Virus record (IMG/VR): IMGVR_UViG_3300047546_001470
DNA from: an uncultured virus (IMG/VR IMGVR_UViG_3300047546_001470)
Lineage: Duplodnaviria > Heunggongvirae > Uroviricota > Caudoviricetes
Strand: one strand, 5' to 3'
DNA length: 64,000 nt
Made by a program: the position numbers and the translations under genes. This document shows, in pieces, positions 39,472-50,500 of the stretch; positions within the stretch are counted from its first letter, which is position 1, and every line of letters starts with the position of its first letter. The notes beneath the pieces are model-generated. The model was not told where the DNA came from and did not search any database. It was given only the letters and a program-made list of their open reading frames with translations.

Positions 39472-40581
39472 ATGATTACTAACATTGGAAAAGGCATTTT
39501 AGCCAAATATCTTATAGGGCAGGCCCCTGCCTATGCGTCTTATATTGCAGTAGGATGCGGAGCAAAACCACTAAATACTACTCAGCCATTTGCAGATTAT
39601 TCAAATAAAGAAAGTTTAGATTTTGAAATGTTTAGAGTTCCTATTGTTTCAAGAGGATATGTTAATGACGGCGGAGTAGAAAAAATTGTGTTGACTGCAG
39701 AGTTGCCTACTGACGAAAGATATGAAATATCAGAAGTTGGAATATATTCTGCTGGAGCCAATCCATCTGCTGGAGCGTATGATTCTAGATCTTTGTTTGC
39801 TTTTACTGTAAATGAAAACTGGGAATATCATAATCAAACATCTTCTACTAAATTAGATGTGATTTATGAGCCTTTAGGAGCAAACAATACTATAGACCAA
39901 ACTCTTAAAGCATTTCAGACAAACTCAGACAATGTTGTATTTACTGATTCCAATAGGACATCTAGATATGAACGAGCAAGATTCTTTAATAATATAGTTA
40001 TGATGAGGGGTGATTCAGCAAATTTAACGGTATCGGACAATCATTTACAAATAAATTCTGAATCAGATCATATACATTTATTGGGAACATCCTTGGATTT
40101 TAATAAAAATATACCAACCGATCAAATTAAATTAGCATTTAGTATAATAAATAAAGATCCAGATCCATCAATTATTCCAGATGAAGTACGTATATTATTA
40201 GAGTTTTCTGAAACAGACGAGTCTGGCTCTGGTCAGTGGGCTAGATTTGAGGTAGTAATGAATGCAAATGATTATGATTTTGCAAATAATAGATATTATG
40301 TAATAACAAAAGAGTTACAAGAACTATACAAAAGTACAGGTTTCACATGGAATAATGTTAGTATTGTAAAAATATATACAACAATAATTAATAATAACGC
40401 ACCGTCTTCAGATTTTTATGTTGGATTAGATGCAATTAGGTTTGAAAATATTTCTACAACAAATCCAGTTTATGGATTAACTGGGTATACTGTTTTAAAA
40501 AATGCTAATGCAGCAACTATCATTAAGGCTGCAAATACTACAAACTATATAGAGTTTAGATTTGCAATGGATGTGCAATAA
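39472..40581 (+). CDS. Putative tail/baseplate protein
   Basis: MITNIGK..YIAVGCG..ISEVGIY pattern resembles tail-collar/baseplate domains. Confidence 0.55.
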   Translation: MITNIGKGILAKYLIGQAPAYASYIAVGCGAKPLNTTQPFADYSNKESLDFEMFRVPIVSRGYVNDGGVEKIVLTAELPTDERYEISEVGIYSAGANPSAGAYDSRSLFAFTVNENWEYHNQTSSTKLDVIYEPLGANNTIDQTLKAFQTNSDNVVFTDSNRTSRYERARFFNNIVMMRGDSANLTVSDNHLQINSESDHIHLLGTSLDFNKNIPTDQIKLAFSIINKDPDPSIIPDEVRILLEFSETDESGSGQWARFEVVMNANDYDFANNRYYVITKELQELYKSTGFTWNNVSIVKIYTTIINNNAPSSDFYVGLDAIRFENISTTNPVYGLTGYTVLKNANAATIIKAANTTNYIEFRFAMDVQ

Positions 40582-41021
40582 TGTCGACACCAGATCAAGG
40601 TATTAAAAAAATTATCATACCTAAATCTAAGTTGCCAGGATTTTTTGGAGATAATAAAACATATATTTTAAAGTATAGGTTTATTTCTGAAGATAAAAAT
40701 AGAACTTCCCACTGGTCTCCAGTATATAAAATAATTGCTGAAGATACTCCAGTAGAAATTTTAAATAGTTTAATAATTGATACAACTAATCGTGTTATTA
40801 ATTTAACATGGGAACCTCAAACAAATATTGAGGAATACTATATATATGTTAAATGGAACAACGGAAACTGGAATTATTATTCAAAAACATCTCAAACAAA
40901 TTATTCTATAGTATATTCACCAGACAAAGAATATATAAATGTTGCAATTCAAACAAAGACAATTCCTCTACAAAAATTTAGCAATGCAACATTATTTGAA
41001 AATGAGGGAAGTCTGATATAA
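40581..41021 (+). CDS. Putative FN3/Ig-like tail protein
   Basis: RTSHWSP and INLTWEP..YYIYVKW motifs; coupled to the upstream gene. Confidence 0.5.
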   Translation: MSTPDQGIKKIIIPKSKLPGFFGDNKTYILKYRFISEDKNRTSHWSPVYKIIAEDTPVEILNSLIIDTTNRVINLTWEPQTNIEEYYIYVKWNNGNWNYYSKTSQTNYSIVYSPDKEYINVAIQTKTIPLQKFSNATLFENEGSLI

Positions 41022-41037
41022 TTAGACAGGAGGAATC

Positions 41038-41481
41038 ATGGCAAAAATACCATTACCAGAATTAGGTCAACCACTTGATGTTTCATATATTTATCAAATT
41101 GCTAATGCAATTAATGAGTTATCACTTCAGGTTTCACCAGCAATATATAAATATGTCACAGTAGATGTTCCTGGAGGCGTATCTCAAAATGCTAAGGCTT
41201 CTGAAACTAGAATTATTGCAGGATATACAGATGTTATTAAAAGTTCAAATCAAAGTGTAGGAAGTCAGCAACCATTTTCTTATAGTTTTGCAGCAGACTT
41301 TAAGTTTGCTCCAATAGTAACTGCTACTCCAATAAATATTGGCGGAACAGAAGCAGGTAAAAATGTTTCAGTTGTAATAAAAAGTATTACAACATCAAAG
41401 GTAGATGGCGTTGTTAACTTTAACTCTAGCGGAGATGTTTCTATTGGCGTTAATTTAATTATCGTCGGTATGCCCAATTAA
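41038..41481 (+). CDS. Putative tail tip protein with a lectin-like C-terminal domain
   Basis: AGGAGG RBS; F..APIVTAT..VNLIIVG pattern typical of fibre-end domains. Confidence 0.5.
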   Translation: MAKIPLPELGQPLDVSYIYQIANAINELSLQVSPAIYKYVTVDVPGGVSQNAKASETRIIAGYTDVIKSSNQSVGSQQPFSYSFAADFKFAPIVTATPINIGGTEAGKNVSVVIKSITTSKVDGVVNFNSSGDVSIGVNLIIVGMPN

Positions 41482-41672
41482 TGATTAGATGTAAAAAATG
41501 TTCAAGATATATGATGATAGACAGAGTTTTTACTTCTCTTTCTCATGTAGAAATATATTGTTTTATTTGTGGATCAAGAAGATTTTTTCATCCACCGTCT
41601 GAGACAGAGGAAGGCAGATGGCTATTAAAAAAGGAATTAGATCGAGCGAAGATTACAACCTCTCCCCTGTAA
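41481..41672 (+). CDS. Small zinc-ribbon protein
   Basis: CKKC...CFICG. Confidence 0.65.
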   Translation: MIRCKKCSRYMMIDRVFTSLSHVEIYCFICGSRRFFHPPSETEEGRWLLKKELDRAKITTSPL

Positions 41673-42160
41673 TTGTAGGAAGTAAAAAAATTTGGTTTTT
41701 AAATAAAAATTTAGTTAGGGTTATTCATTATAACAGATCAAATGGCATAATGTCAATTTATAATATAACAAAAGATAAAACTGAAAGTTGTTTAATAAAA
41801 GAATTTAAAAATAAAAGAGAAAGAGCATATACTGTATCAGAAACTGCAGATCTTGTCAATAGACATAGAAAATATATGCCGACATTAATGAAACGTGGAA
41901 TTATTCCAAATCCTATTGGAGCACAAAAAGACGGTAAGCGTGGATGGCAAGTAAGATCTTATTACTCTGAATCGCAAGTTAGAGAGATTCGTGATATACT
42001 GGCTACGTACCATATTGGTAGACCAAGAAAAGATAATTTAATAACAAATGATATCACTCCAACAAAGGCTGAGTTGACCAGACGAATGGGAGATGGTATA
42101 CTTACATATACGAAGACCGAAGACGGTAGGTTTATACCAATTTGGTCAGAGTCAATATAA
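41618..42160 (+). CDS. MerR-like helix-turn-helix DNA-binding protein
   Basis: YTVSETADLVNRHRKY..RGIIP..RSYYSESQV winged-HTH pattern. Confidence 0.65.
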   Translation: MAIKKGIRSSEDYNLSPVIVGSKKIWFLNKNLVRVIHYNRSNGIMSIYNITKDKTESCLIKEFKNKRERAYTVSETADLVNRHRKYMPTLMKRGIIPNPIGAQKDGKRGWQVRSYYSESQVREIRDILATYHIGRPRKDNLITNDITPTKAELTRRMGDGILTYTKTEDGRFIPIWSESI

Positions 42161-42174
42161 CAGAAGGGTATGAA

Positions 42175-42381
42175 ATGGACGATACTAAAGTATCAGTAAC
42201 GCTTGGCTATACAATCAATCTTGGAAACTTTCAATCATTAAGATTAGATTTAGGCGTTGTAGATTCAAAGCGTGATGGAGAAAATACAGATCAGGCTTTT
42301 GAACGTGTATACAAATTTGTTGAAGACAAATTAACAGAAAAAATCTCAGAAGCAAAGGTTGAACTAGAAGAAAGCAATTAG
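42175..42381 (+). CDS. Conserved-type phage hypothetical protein
   Basis: ATG 42175 after AGAAGGG; VTLGYTINLGNFQSLRLD. Confidence 0.65.
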   Translation: MDDTKVSVTLGYTINLGNFQSLRLDLGVVDSKRDGENTDQAFERVYKFVEDKLTEKISEAKVELEESN

Positions 42382-42382
42382 T

Positions 42383-42691
42383 GTGACAGACAAACAGAAG
42401 CGACTGGCTCTGTTAAGTAGGTTTGATAAACACTATAAGTTTAAACTAGGACAGAAGCCACAATACAATAAGTGGGTTGAGCAGTGGTCTGCTGATGCAC
42501 TTATCGAGTCCTATGGACTTGATCTTTGCTATGAACTACTAGAGTATTATTTTGATGTAACAGAAAATCCAACATGGAATCATTTTGCATACATAGCACA
42601 TGATATACTAGAAGCAAAGCAGCAATATGTAAAAGATATAGAAGATAGAGCAGAGCGCAGGAAAAAGGCTAAGGAGTGGTTGGATGAATAA
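42383..42691 (+). CDS. Hypothetical protein upstream of the helicase
   Basis: GTG start; 102 aa; overlaps the helicase start. Confidence 0.65.
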   Translation: MTDKQKRLALLSRFDKHYKFKLGQKPQYNKWVEQWSADALIESYGLDLCYELLEYYFDVTENPTWNHFAYIAHDILEAKQQYVKDIEDRAERRKKAKEWLDE

Positions 42692-43910
42692 TACAGAATC
42701 CAAATTAATTTCAGCCGTATTAAAAGATAAGCAAGCCCATGTTTTACTACAAGCAAATATAGAAAACATTTTAATTACACACGTAGATGTATGGCAGTTT
42801 ATTAGAAAGTATTATGAGCACAATGCCACAGTGCCTCCAACAGAATTAGTTATAGAAAAATTTAGAGATTTTGAATTAGTTGATAATATAGGATCTACTA
42901 AGCATCATTTAGAAGAACTACAGGCAGAATACCTTACAAATAGTCTTAAAGATATTATTAGATCTGCTGCAACAGATGTGCAGGGCGGACAAGGCATTGA
43001 TGCACTTGAATCTTTAATTACAAAAACTGCAGAACTAAGGAAAAATACAGCAGCAATTCGTGATATTGATGTGACAGATTTAGATTCTGCTGTTGCATAT
43101 TTTGAAAATTTAAAGAAGCAGCAAGAGGCTGGAGCACTAGGAATTAAAACTGGACTTCCAGGATTTGATAATTATTTACCGTCTGGGATCATGCCAGGGC
43201 AGTTAGGAGTCTTTCTTGCATATCCAGGCATAGGAAAGTCATGGTTGTCTCTCTATTTCGCCGTACAGGCTTGGAAACAGGGTCGTAGCCCAATGATCAT
43301 AAGTCTTGAAATGTCTGAAGTAGAAGTTCGCAATCGTGTATTTGCAATTATGGGCGAGGGAGTATGGTCTCATAGAAAGTTAAGTGCTGGACAGGTTGAG
43401 ATGGATATGTTAAAGTCTTGGCATACTAAACATGTTAGCGGTAAACCAGAGTTTCATATTATATCTAATGATACTGGCGGCGATATTACGCCATTAGTTT
43501 TACGAGGAAAGATTGATCAATATAAACCAGACTTTGTTATTGTTGACTATTTGCAGTTAATGTCTCCAAATCAAAAGTCTGATAACGAAACTATTCGTAT
43601 GAAAAATCTATCTCGTGAATTAAAATTAATGGCAATTGCAGAAGAGGTACCAATTATTGCTATTTCCTCTGCTACTCCAGATGACGTTACTAAACTTGAA
43701 ACCGTACCAACCCTTGGTCAAACCGCATGGTCACGCCAAATTGCTTATGATGCCGACTGGGTGCTTGCGTTGGGTAGAGGGAATAATAGCGATATTATTG
43801 AATGTGTATTCCGTAAGAATCGTAACGGTTTTATGGGAGAATTCTTAGTTCAGGCTGATTTTGACAAGGGATATTATAGGTATAAGGATTATGAAGATAA
43901 GTCAGTATAA
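42684..43910 (+). CDS. dnaB: Replicative DnaB-like helicase
   Basis: Walker A AYPGIGKS, ISLEM, VIVDYLQLM, LSRELK, IAYDAD and KNRNG. Confidence 0.93.
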   Translation: MNNTESKLISAVLKDKQAHVLLQANIENILITHVDVWQFIRKYYEHNATVPPTELVIEKFRDFELVDNIGSTKHHLEELQAEYLTNSLKDIIRSAATDVQGGQGIDALESLITKTAELRKNTAAIRDIDVTDLDSAVAYFENLKKQQEAGALGIKTGLPGFDNYLPSGIMPGQLGVFLAYPGIGKSWLSLYFAVQAWKQGRSPMIISLEMSEVEVRNRVFAIMGEGVWSHRKLSAGQVEMDMLKSWHTKHVSGKPEFHIISNDTGGDITPLVLRGKIDQYKPDFVIVDYLQLMSPNQKSDNETIRMKNLSRELKLMAIAEEVPIIAISSATPDDVTKLETVPTLGQTAWSRQIAYDADWVLALGRGNNSDIIECVFRKNRNGFMGEFLVQADFDKGYYRYKDYEDKSV

Positions 43911-43918
43911 TATGCAAC

Positions 43919-44245
43919 ATGGAAACATTTCCGCACAAGGCGATAAAGCGGTTTGGGCTAGACGGAATCATAGCAGATGACTCAGCCATATACAGACTGC
44001 AGCAAGAATATATCAGATTACTGGTATCAGAAATGCGCCTATCTGGATATGCTCCAAGATTTGATATTGATCCAGAATTTACATTATCTTATAATGAACA
44101 AAAAAATTATTTTGAATTTGCATTAAGCGTATATGGAATATATATAGGGAGAAAAAAGGCAGAATGGATACTAGGGATAGACGGAACCAGACCAATTTAT
44201 ACACAGCCAGCCAAGTTAAAAGAGTACTCTCAGGGTCTGGCGTAA
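43919..44245 (+). CDS. Hypothetical protein
   Basis: 108-aa ORF; ATG 7 nt after TATAAT. Confidence 0.65.
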   Translation: METFPHKAIKRFGLDGIIADDSAIYRLQQEYIRLLVSEMRLSGYAPRFDIDPEFTLSYNEQKNYFEFALSVYGIYIGRKKAEWILGIDGTRPIYTQPAKLKEYSQGLA

Positions 44246-45108
44246 CTGTAGAAAAAGAATCAGAGTCTGAGTATATAGTATTTTGTCCATTTCATGCAAA
44301 CCATCGAACCCCTGCTGGAGAAATAAATAAGTATAGTGGTTTATTTTTTTGTTTTTCTTGTGGAAAAACTGCAGACCTAATAGAGTTGGTAATGCATTTT
44401 TCAAACAGGACATATTTTGAATCTGTTAGATTTATCAAAAGTAAAGAAGTTGAGGTAGATATTTTATCTGAGATAAATTCTAAATTAGTAGAAAAAGAAG
44501 AGTGGACAGAGTTTGATTTTTCTATAGTTCAAAGATTACATGAACAGGCTCTTGTTTCTGAAAGAGCAAAAGAATATTTTGTTAAAAGAAAAATTACAAA
44601 GGACTCTGTAATAAAGTTTAAATTGGGATATTCTGAAACACAAGATATGATATCTATTCCAGTGCATAATCATGAAGGATTATGTGTAGGATTTGTTGCA
44701 AGATCTATAGAAGGCAAAGACTTTAAAAATACTCCAAAACTTCCTAAGTCAAAGTTATTGTTTAATTTAAATAGAGTAAAGACTGCATCTAAGGTTTATG
44801 TAGTTGAATCTTCTTTTGATGCAATAAGATTAGATCAGGTAGGGTTTCCAGCAGTAGCAACTTTAGGTGCTAATGTATCTACTAAGCAGTTAGACCTACT
44901 TGAAAAATATTTTTCTGATATAATTGTTATTGCAGACAATGACGAGGCTGGTTCAAATATGAAAGATAGACTTATTAAAAGATTTGGCTCTAGTATTTCT
45001 ATCATTAATATAGATTCTAGATATAAGGATATCGGAGAAATGGAGGATGAAGAGATAATGAAATTAAATCATGATTTTGATAAATCTATCCTCTCTCTTT
45101 TAAATTAA
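44164..45108 (+). CDS. dnaG: DNA primase (CHC2 zinc finger plus TOPRIM)
   Basis: CPFH..FFCFSCG; VVESSFDA; ATLG; IADNDEAG; KDIGE. Confidence 0.92.
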   Translation: MDTRDRRNQTNLYTASQVKRVLSGSGVTVEKESESEYIVFCPFHANHRTPAGEINKYSGLFFCFSCGKTADLIELVMHFSNRTYFESVRFIKSKEVEVDILSEINSKLVEKEEWTEFDFSIVQRLHEQALVSERAKEYFVKRKITKDSVIKFKLGYSETQDMISIPVHNHEGLCVGFVARSIEGKDFKNTPKLPKSKLLFNLNRVKTASKVYVVESSFDAIRLDQVGFPAVATLGANVSTKQLDLLEKYFSDIIVIADNDEAGSNMKDRLIKRFGSSISIINIDSRYKDIGEMEDEEIMKLNHDFDKSILSLLN

Positions 45109-45109
45109 A

Positions 45110-45406
45110 ATGAAAAAAAATAATATGGAATGGCTACAAGCATTAAAAACAATGGGCCATAAAGAATATTGGACAAAAGCAAATACTGTAGAATTTTTTG
45201 CATTTGTTGCAAAAGCATCAATTATATTTCCTGGATTGTTATTCGGCAAAGAGATTTGGTGGCTGTATATTTTTGCTTTAGTTTCAAGCATCGGCTTGAT
45301 CTGGTCTTCAACAGTAAAAACAATACCAACCCTCATATGGTTTAATATATTGTGGTCTATACTTGCTATTATTTATATTGCTAAGTATTTCGGCTTAATT
45401 CTATGA
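45110..45406 (+). CDS. Small multi-pass membrane protein
   Basis: About three hydrophobic Trp-rich helices; ATGA-coupled to the next gene. Confidence 0.7.
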   Translation: MKKNNMEWLQALKTMGHKEYWTKANTVEFFAFVAKASIIFPGLLFGKEIWWLYIFALVSSIGLIWSSTVKTIPTLIWFNILWSILAIIYIAKYFGLIL

Positions 45407-46854
45407 AGATAGTAGTTATTGGTGGCGGTACTGCTGGATATTTAGCAGCACTTACTATTAAGCATAAATATAAGAACTCTGACATTACAATAATTGATAG
45501 TTCTAAAATAGGTGTTTTAGGTGCTGGAGAAGGAACAACTTCAAATTTTAAATATATCTTTGATGAGTTAGAGTTGCCACTAGATGAATTTATAGAGCAT
45601 ACAGGGGCAACATTAAAAAATGGAATAAGATTTACAGGATGGTCTAAAAGCAATAAATCATACTTCCATCCATTAACAAACTATGTTGCCGATACTCAAG
45701 ACAATAGAGAAATAATTTTAACAAATTTTAAAAATGCTTCCATGGAGTTAATGTTTAACGGTAAAACACTTGATGAAATAAATAAAGGCTTGGCTGCCAC
45801 AGAAAAAAATACATTGACCTGGCCTTATATAGGATGGCATTTAGATGCAATTAAACTTGCTGAATTTTTTAGAAAACATTCCGAGTTACGTGGAATAAAG
45901 GTTGTTGATGATGTATTTACATATTTTGGAGAATTTGATGGCAACATAAGTGTGGTGCATACAGAAAAAGGAGCCTACGACTGTAACTTTGTAATAGATG
46001 CAACAGGCTTTAAAAATTTAGTTGTTGGAAAACATTTGCAATCAGAATGGGTAGATACGTCTGAAAGTTTACCGTGCACAAAAGCATTGGCATTCTTTTT
46101 ACCACAAGATGAAAATTATTCCTTATGTACTGAAATAATTGCAATGAAATATGGCTGGGTTTGGAAGACGCCATTAAAGCATAGGTATGGATGTGGATAT
46201 GTTTATGATCCCTCATATATAAATAAAGAGCAAGCAGAAGAAGAAATATATCAATTATTTAAAAAAGAAGATATAAAAATAGTAAATCATTTTGATTTTA
46301 ATTCAGGATATTATAAACAACCATGGATTAAAAATTGTTTATCGGTAGGACTGGCATCTGGATTTTTTGAACCATTACATGCAACCTCAATTATGCTAAC
46401 AATTTATATGATGAGTCTTTTTATATCTGATGAATTTTTAAATAAATTTATAGAAGAAAAAGATTATTCAGTAATAGAAAAATATAACAATAAAATACTA
46501 GAAAAAAATAAAGAATTATTAGGTTTTATATATATTCATTATTTAACTGATAGAGACGACACAGACTTTTGGAAAAACTTTAAACAAAAAAATGTTATTC
46601 CAGAATATGCCAAAATAGTGTTATCTGAATTAGATGATAATTGTATATCTGATTTTATTATTAAAAATAATAATAAAACATTTGGATATCAGTCTTGGAT
46701 GACAACCTATGTTGGAACAGGACAATTTAATAAAAATAATACAGTTTCTAATTTGCAAACAAGAGAAGCATATGATAAACTGTATAAAGAAGCAAAAGAG
46801 TTTAAAGGAATAGAGATAGAAGAGTATTTTAATAAATATAACTCAATTACTTGA
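45403..46854 (+). CDS. Tryptophan halogenase-like flavoprotein
   Basis: GGGTAG FAD motif, GAGEGT, ATLKNGIRF (Lys at the catalytic position), DATGF, GWVWKTP, GLASGFFEPLHATSI. Confidence 0.88.
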   Translation: MKIVVIGGGTAGYLAALTIKHKYKNSDITIIDSSKIGVLGAGEGTTSNFKYIFDELELPLDEFIEHTGATLKNGIRFTGWSKSNKSYFHPLTNYVADTQDNREIILTNFKNASMELMFNGKTLDEINKGLAATEKNTLTWPYIGWHLDAIKLAEFFRKHSELRGIKVVDDVFTYFGEFDGNISVVHTEKGAYDCNFVIDATGFKNLVVGKHLQSEWVDTSESLPCTKALAFFLPQDENYSLCTEIIAMKYGWVWKTPLKHRYGCGYVYDPSYINKEQAEEEIYQLFKKEDIKIVNHFDFNSGYYKQPWIKNCLSVGLASGFFEPLHATSIMLTIYMMSLFISDEFLNKFIEEKDYSVIEKYNNKILEKNKELLGFIYIHYLTDRDDTDFWKNFKQKNVIPEYAKIVLSELDDNCISDFIIKNNNKTFGYQSWMTTYVGTGQFNKNNTVSNLQTREAYDKLYKEAKEFKGIEIEEYFNKYNSIT

Positions 46855-46879
46855 CAAACAAAATTTGCTAGTATATAAT
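46851..46879 (+). promoter_or_regulatory. Consensus sigma70/SigA promoter for the SSB-DnaE-RecA operon
   Basis: TTGACA (46851-46856), 17-nt spacer, TATAAT (46874-46879); AAGGAG RBS downstream. Confidence 0.85.
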
Positions 46880-46901
46880 ATAATAAACAAAGGAGAAAAC
46901 T

Positions 46902-47564
46902 ATGAGCGTTATTAAGGGACTCAAAAACATTAATGCCCTGCTCGACAAGAAAACAGATGAAAGCGCACCAAAGGTCCGTTGGCTAAAGTTGGCAGATGGA
47001 CAAGCAGTTAAGATCAGATTCATTGAAGAATTAGATGAAGACTCAGCAAACTATAACGACAAGCGTGGACTAGCACTTGTTGTTAAAGAACATACAAATC
47101 CAAAAGACTATAAGCGTAAGGCTGTAGATACTCTAGATACAGAGGGCCGTGACTGGGCAGAAGAAATGTATCGTAAGGATCCAAAAGGTAACAGTGGGTG
47201 GCGTGGCCGTCTACGTTTCTATTGCAATGTGCTTGTAGATGATGGCATTGAAGATAAGCCTTATGTTGCTATCTGGTCTATGGGCGTAAGCAAGCAATCT
47301 TCGTTTAATACTATTCGTGAGTATGCACTTGAAACAGGAAGCATCTCAAACCTAACATGGAAGTTAAAGCGTAATGGTCAGGGAACTGAAACATCATATA
47401 CTTTGATTCCATCGGCCCCAGATAAAGAGCCTTTTAATTGGGAGGGCATCGAGCCATACCCATTGGAGAAAGCATTGCGTCGTGTTCCATATGCGGAACA
47501 AGAGGCATTTTACTTAGGCTTTGATTCTCCATCTTCTACCTCAGCGACAAACATCGACTGGTAG
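46902..47564 (+). CDS. Single-stranded DNA-binding protein (gp32-like)
   Basis: WLKLADGQ..IRF, RFYCNVLV and KLKRNG.GTETSY motifs; C-terminal tail ending IDW; upstream of the polymerase. Confidence 0.7.
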   Translation: MSVIKGLKNINALLDKKTDESAPKVRWLKLADGQAVKIRFIEELDEDSANYNDKRGLALVVKEHTNPKDYKRKAVDTLDTEGRDWAEEMYRKDPKGNSGWRGRLRFYCNVLVDDGIEDKPYVAIWSMGVSKQSSFNTIREYALETGSISNLTWKLKRNGQGTETSYTLIPSAPDKEPFNWEGIEPYPLEKALRRVPYAEQEAFYLGFDSPSSTSATNIDW

Positions 47565-47567
47565 TAG

Positions 47568-50500
47568 ATGAATTACGTACCACTGCATTTACACACCCAC
47601 TTTTCATTATTCGATGGCATTGGGTTGCCGTCTGAATATGTAGATCGTGCTACAAAATTGGGTATGCCAGCAATATCGATTACAGACCATGGCTCCCTTT
47701 CTGGCCACAGAGAAATGTATCGTGCTGCTAAGTCAAGTGGTATTAAGCCTATTCTTGGCATAGAAGGATATATGTGTGAGGATCGATTTGATAGAAGAGA
47801 CAAAGAAGATCGAACCACCCCATTAGATATGGTTTACAACCACATAATTCTTCTAGCCAAGAACAAGGTAGGTTTAGAAAATTTAAATAGGTTAAATGAA
47901 ATTGCTTGGACAGAAGGTTATTATAAAAAGCCGAGAATAGACTTTGAAGTTCTTTCTAAATATAAAGAAGGCATTATTGTTTCTTCCGCATGCCCAAGCG
48001 GTATTATTGCTAAGTCTATTGAACTTGGCGAACTTGGCATGGCAAAGAAATATATTAAATGGTTTAAAGAAGAATTTGGCGATGACTATTATCTTGAAGT
48101 AATGCCACATAATGATGAATCAATCAACCAAACAATTTTACAGTTAGCAGATGAGTTTAAGGTTAAGCCTATTGTAACTCCAGACTGCCATCACGTAGAT
48201 CCATCACAAAAAGAAATCCAAGAACTAAAACTTATTCTTAATACATATTCAAATAAAATTCAAAAAGATGCTACATATGAAAAGTCCAAAAAGCAAGGGG
48301 ACCTAATGAAGCGTCTTGATTACCTATACGGCGCAGATAGACAAATGTCATTTAATAAGTTTGATATTCATCTTCTTTCATATGAAGAAATTCAGGCTGC
48401 TATGGAAAAGCAGGCAATTTTTAGAACTGATATTTATGAAAATACTATTGAACTTGCTAATAAGATTGAAGACTATGATATTAAAGATGGTTTAAATCTT
48501 CTTCCAGTACAATACAAAAATCCAGATAAACAATTAAAAGAATTGGCTATGACTGGTTTGGCAGAAAAAGGCCTTAATAATAATCAGGAATATTTAGACA
48601 GACTTGAAGAAGAACTAAAAGTAATTCAAGATAAAAAGTTTGGTCCGTACTTTCTTGTCGTACAAAGTATGATCTCCTGGGCAAAGAAAGAAGGCATCAT
48701 GGTTGGGCCAGGCCGTGGATCCTCTGCTGGCTCACTGCTTTGCTATGCACTAGGAATTACCGATATTGATCCACTAAAGCATGGTCTTTTGTTCTTCCGC
48801 TTTATTAATCCTGAGCGTAATGACTTTCCAGATATTGATACAGATATTCAAGATTCTCGTCGTGATGAAGTTAAAGACTATCTTGTTAGACAATACAAGC
48901 ATGTTGCATCTATAGCAACATTCTTAGAATTTAAAGATAAAGGCGTAGTACGAGATGTTGCTCGTGCATTAAATATTCCATTGGCAGATGTAAATAAAGT
49001 TTTGAAGTTGGTAGATACTTGGGATGAGTATTGTACTTCAAAAACCACTGCATGGTTTAGAGAGAAATATCCAGAGGTAGAACAATATGGCGAACAACTT
49101 CGTGGTCGCATTAGAGGTACTGGCATACACGCTGCTGGTGTTGTCACTAGTAAAAATCCTATTTTTAGGTACGCACCGATGGAGACACGTAATTCTCCTG
49201 GTTCCGATGAGCGCATTCCTGTTGTGGCAGTGGACATGGAAGAGGCTGAAAAAATTGGACTCATCAAAATTGACGCACTTGGACTTAAAACATTAAGTGT
49301 TATTAATGACACTATTAAAATAATTAAAGAGCGAGAAGGTACTGAGATTGATTTGCTAAAAATTGATATGGAAGATCAAAAAGTATATCAGATGCTTTCT
49401 GAGGGATATACAAAGGGTGTATTTCAATGTGAAGCAACCCCATATACAAACCTTCTTATAAAGATGGGTGTAAAAAATCTAGCAGAGTTATCCGCCTCAA
49501 ATGCTCTTGTGCGTCCAGGCGCTATGAATACCATTGGCAAAGACTATATTGAAAGAAAGCACGGCAGACAAGCAGTAAATTATCTACATCAAACTATGAA
49601 ACCATTCACCGAAGAAACATATGGGTGTATCCTATACCAAGAGCAGGTTATGCAGGCCTGCGTTCAACTAGGAGGAATGTCTTGGTCTGAGGCCGATAAG
49701 GTTCGTAAGATCATTGGTAAAAAGAAAGATGCTAGAGAGTTTGATGCGTTTCGTGATCGTTTCGTTGATGGGGCTTCTAAGTTTATTAGCCCTAATCAGG
49801 CTCGTGATTTATGGCATGACTTTGAGGCGCATGCGGGCTATTCGTTCAACAAGTCTCATGCGGTTGCTTATTCTACGCTCTCGTATTGGACGGCATGGCT
49901 AAAATATTATTATCCAATTGAGTTTATGTACTCATTGCTTAAAAATGAAAGGGACAAAGATGCGAGAACTGAATATCTTATTGAAGCGAAAAGAATGGGG
50001 ATTAGCATTAAACTACCTCACATTAACGATTCGGATATTGATTTTAAAATTGAGGGTAAGGGTATTCGGTTTGGATTGTCGGGGATCAAGTTTATCTCTG
50101 ATAAAATTGCAGAACGATATATATCGGCACGACCTTTTAAGTCTTTTCAGGAAGTTAGAGATTTTACATTTACCAAAGGCAATGGAGTAAATAGTCGAGC
50201 ACTTGAGGCATTAAGAATTATTGGTGCTGCAACATTTCCAGACAATCCAAGAAACGATAACGAACTTCGTGAAAATCTTTATGAGTATTTGGGATTGCCA
50301 GAATTTACACAAACTGTTCCATCGCATTATCATGCCTTTATAAATTCTGTAGAAGATTTTGAAGAAAAGGGATCTTTCATTTTAATGGGAATGGTAAAGG
50401 GCATTAAGCGTGGCAAAGGTTGGAGTCGTGTAGAAATTTTAGATAAGACTGGCAGCATAGGTGTATTTGATGAAGAACAGACTACCATTGAGGCTGGAAG

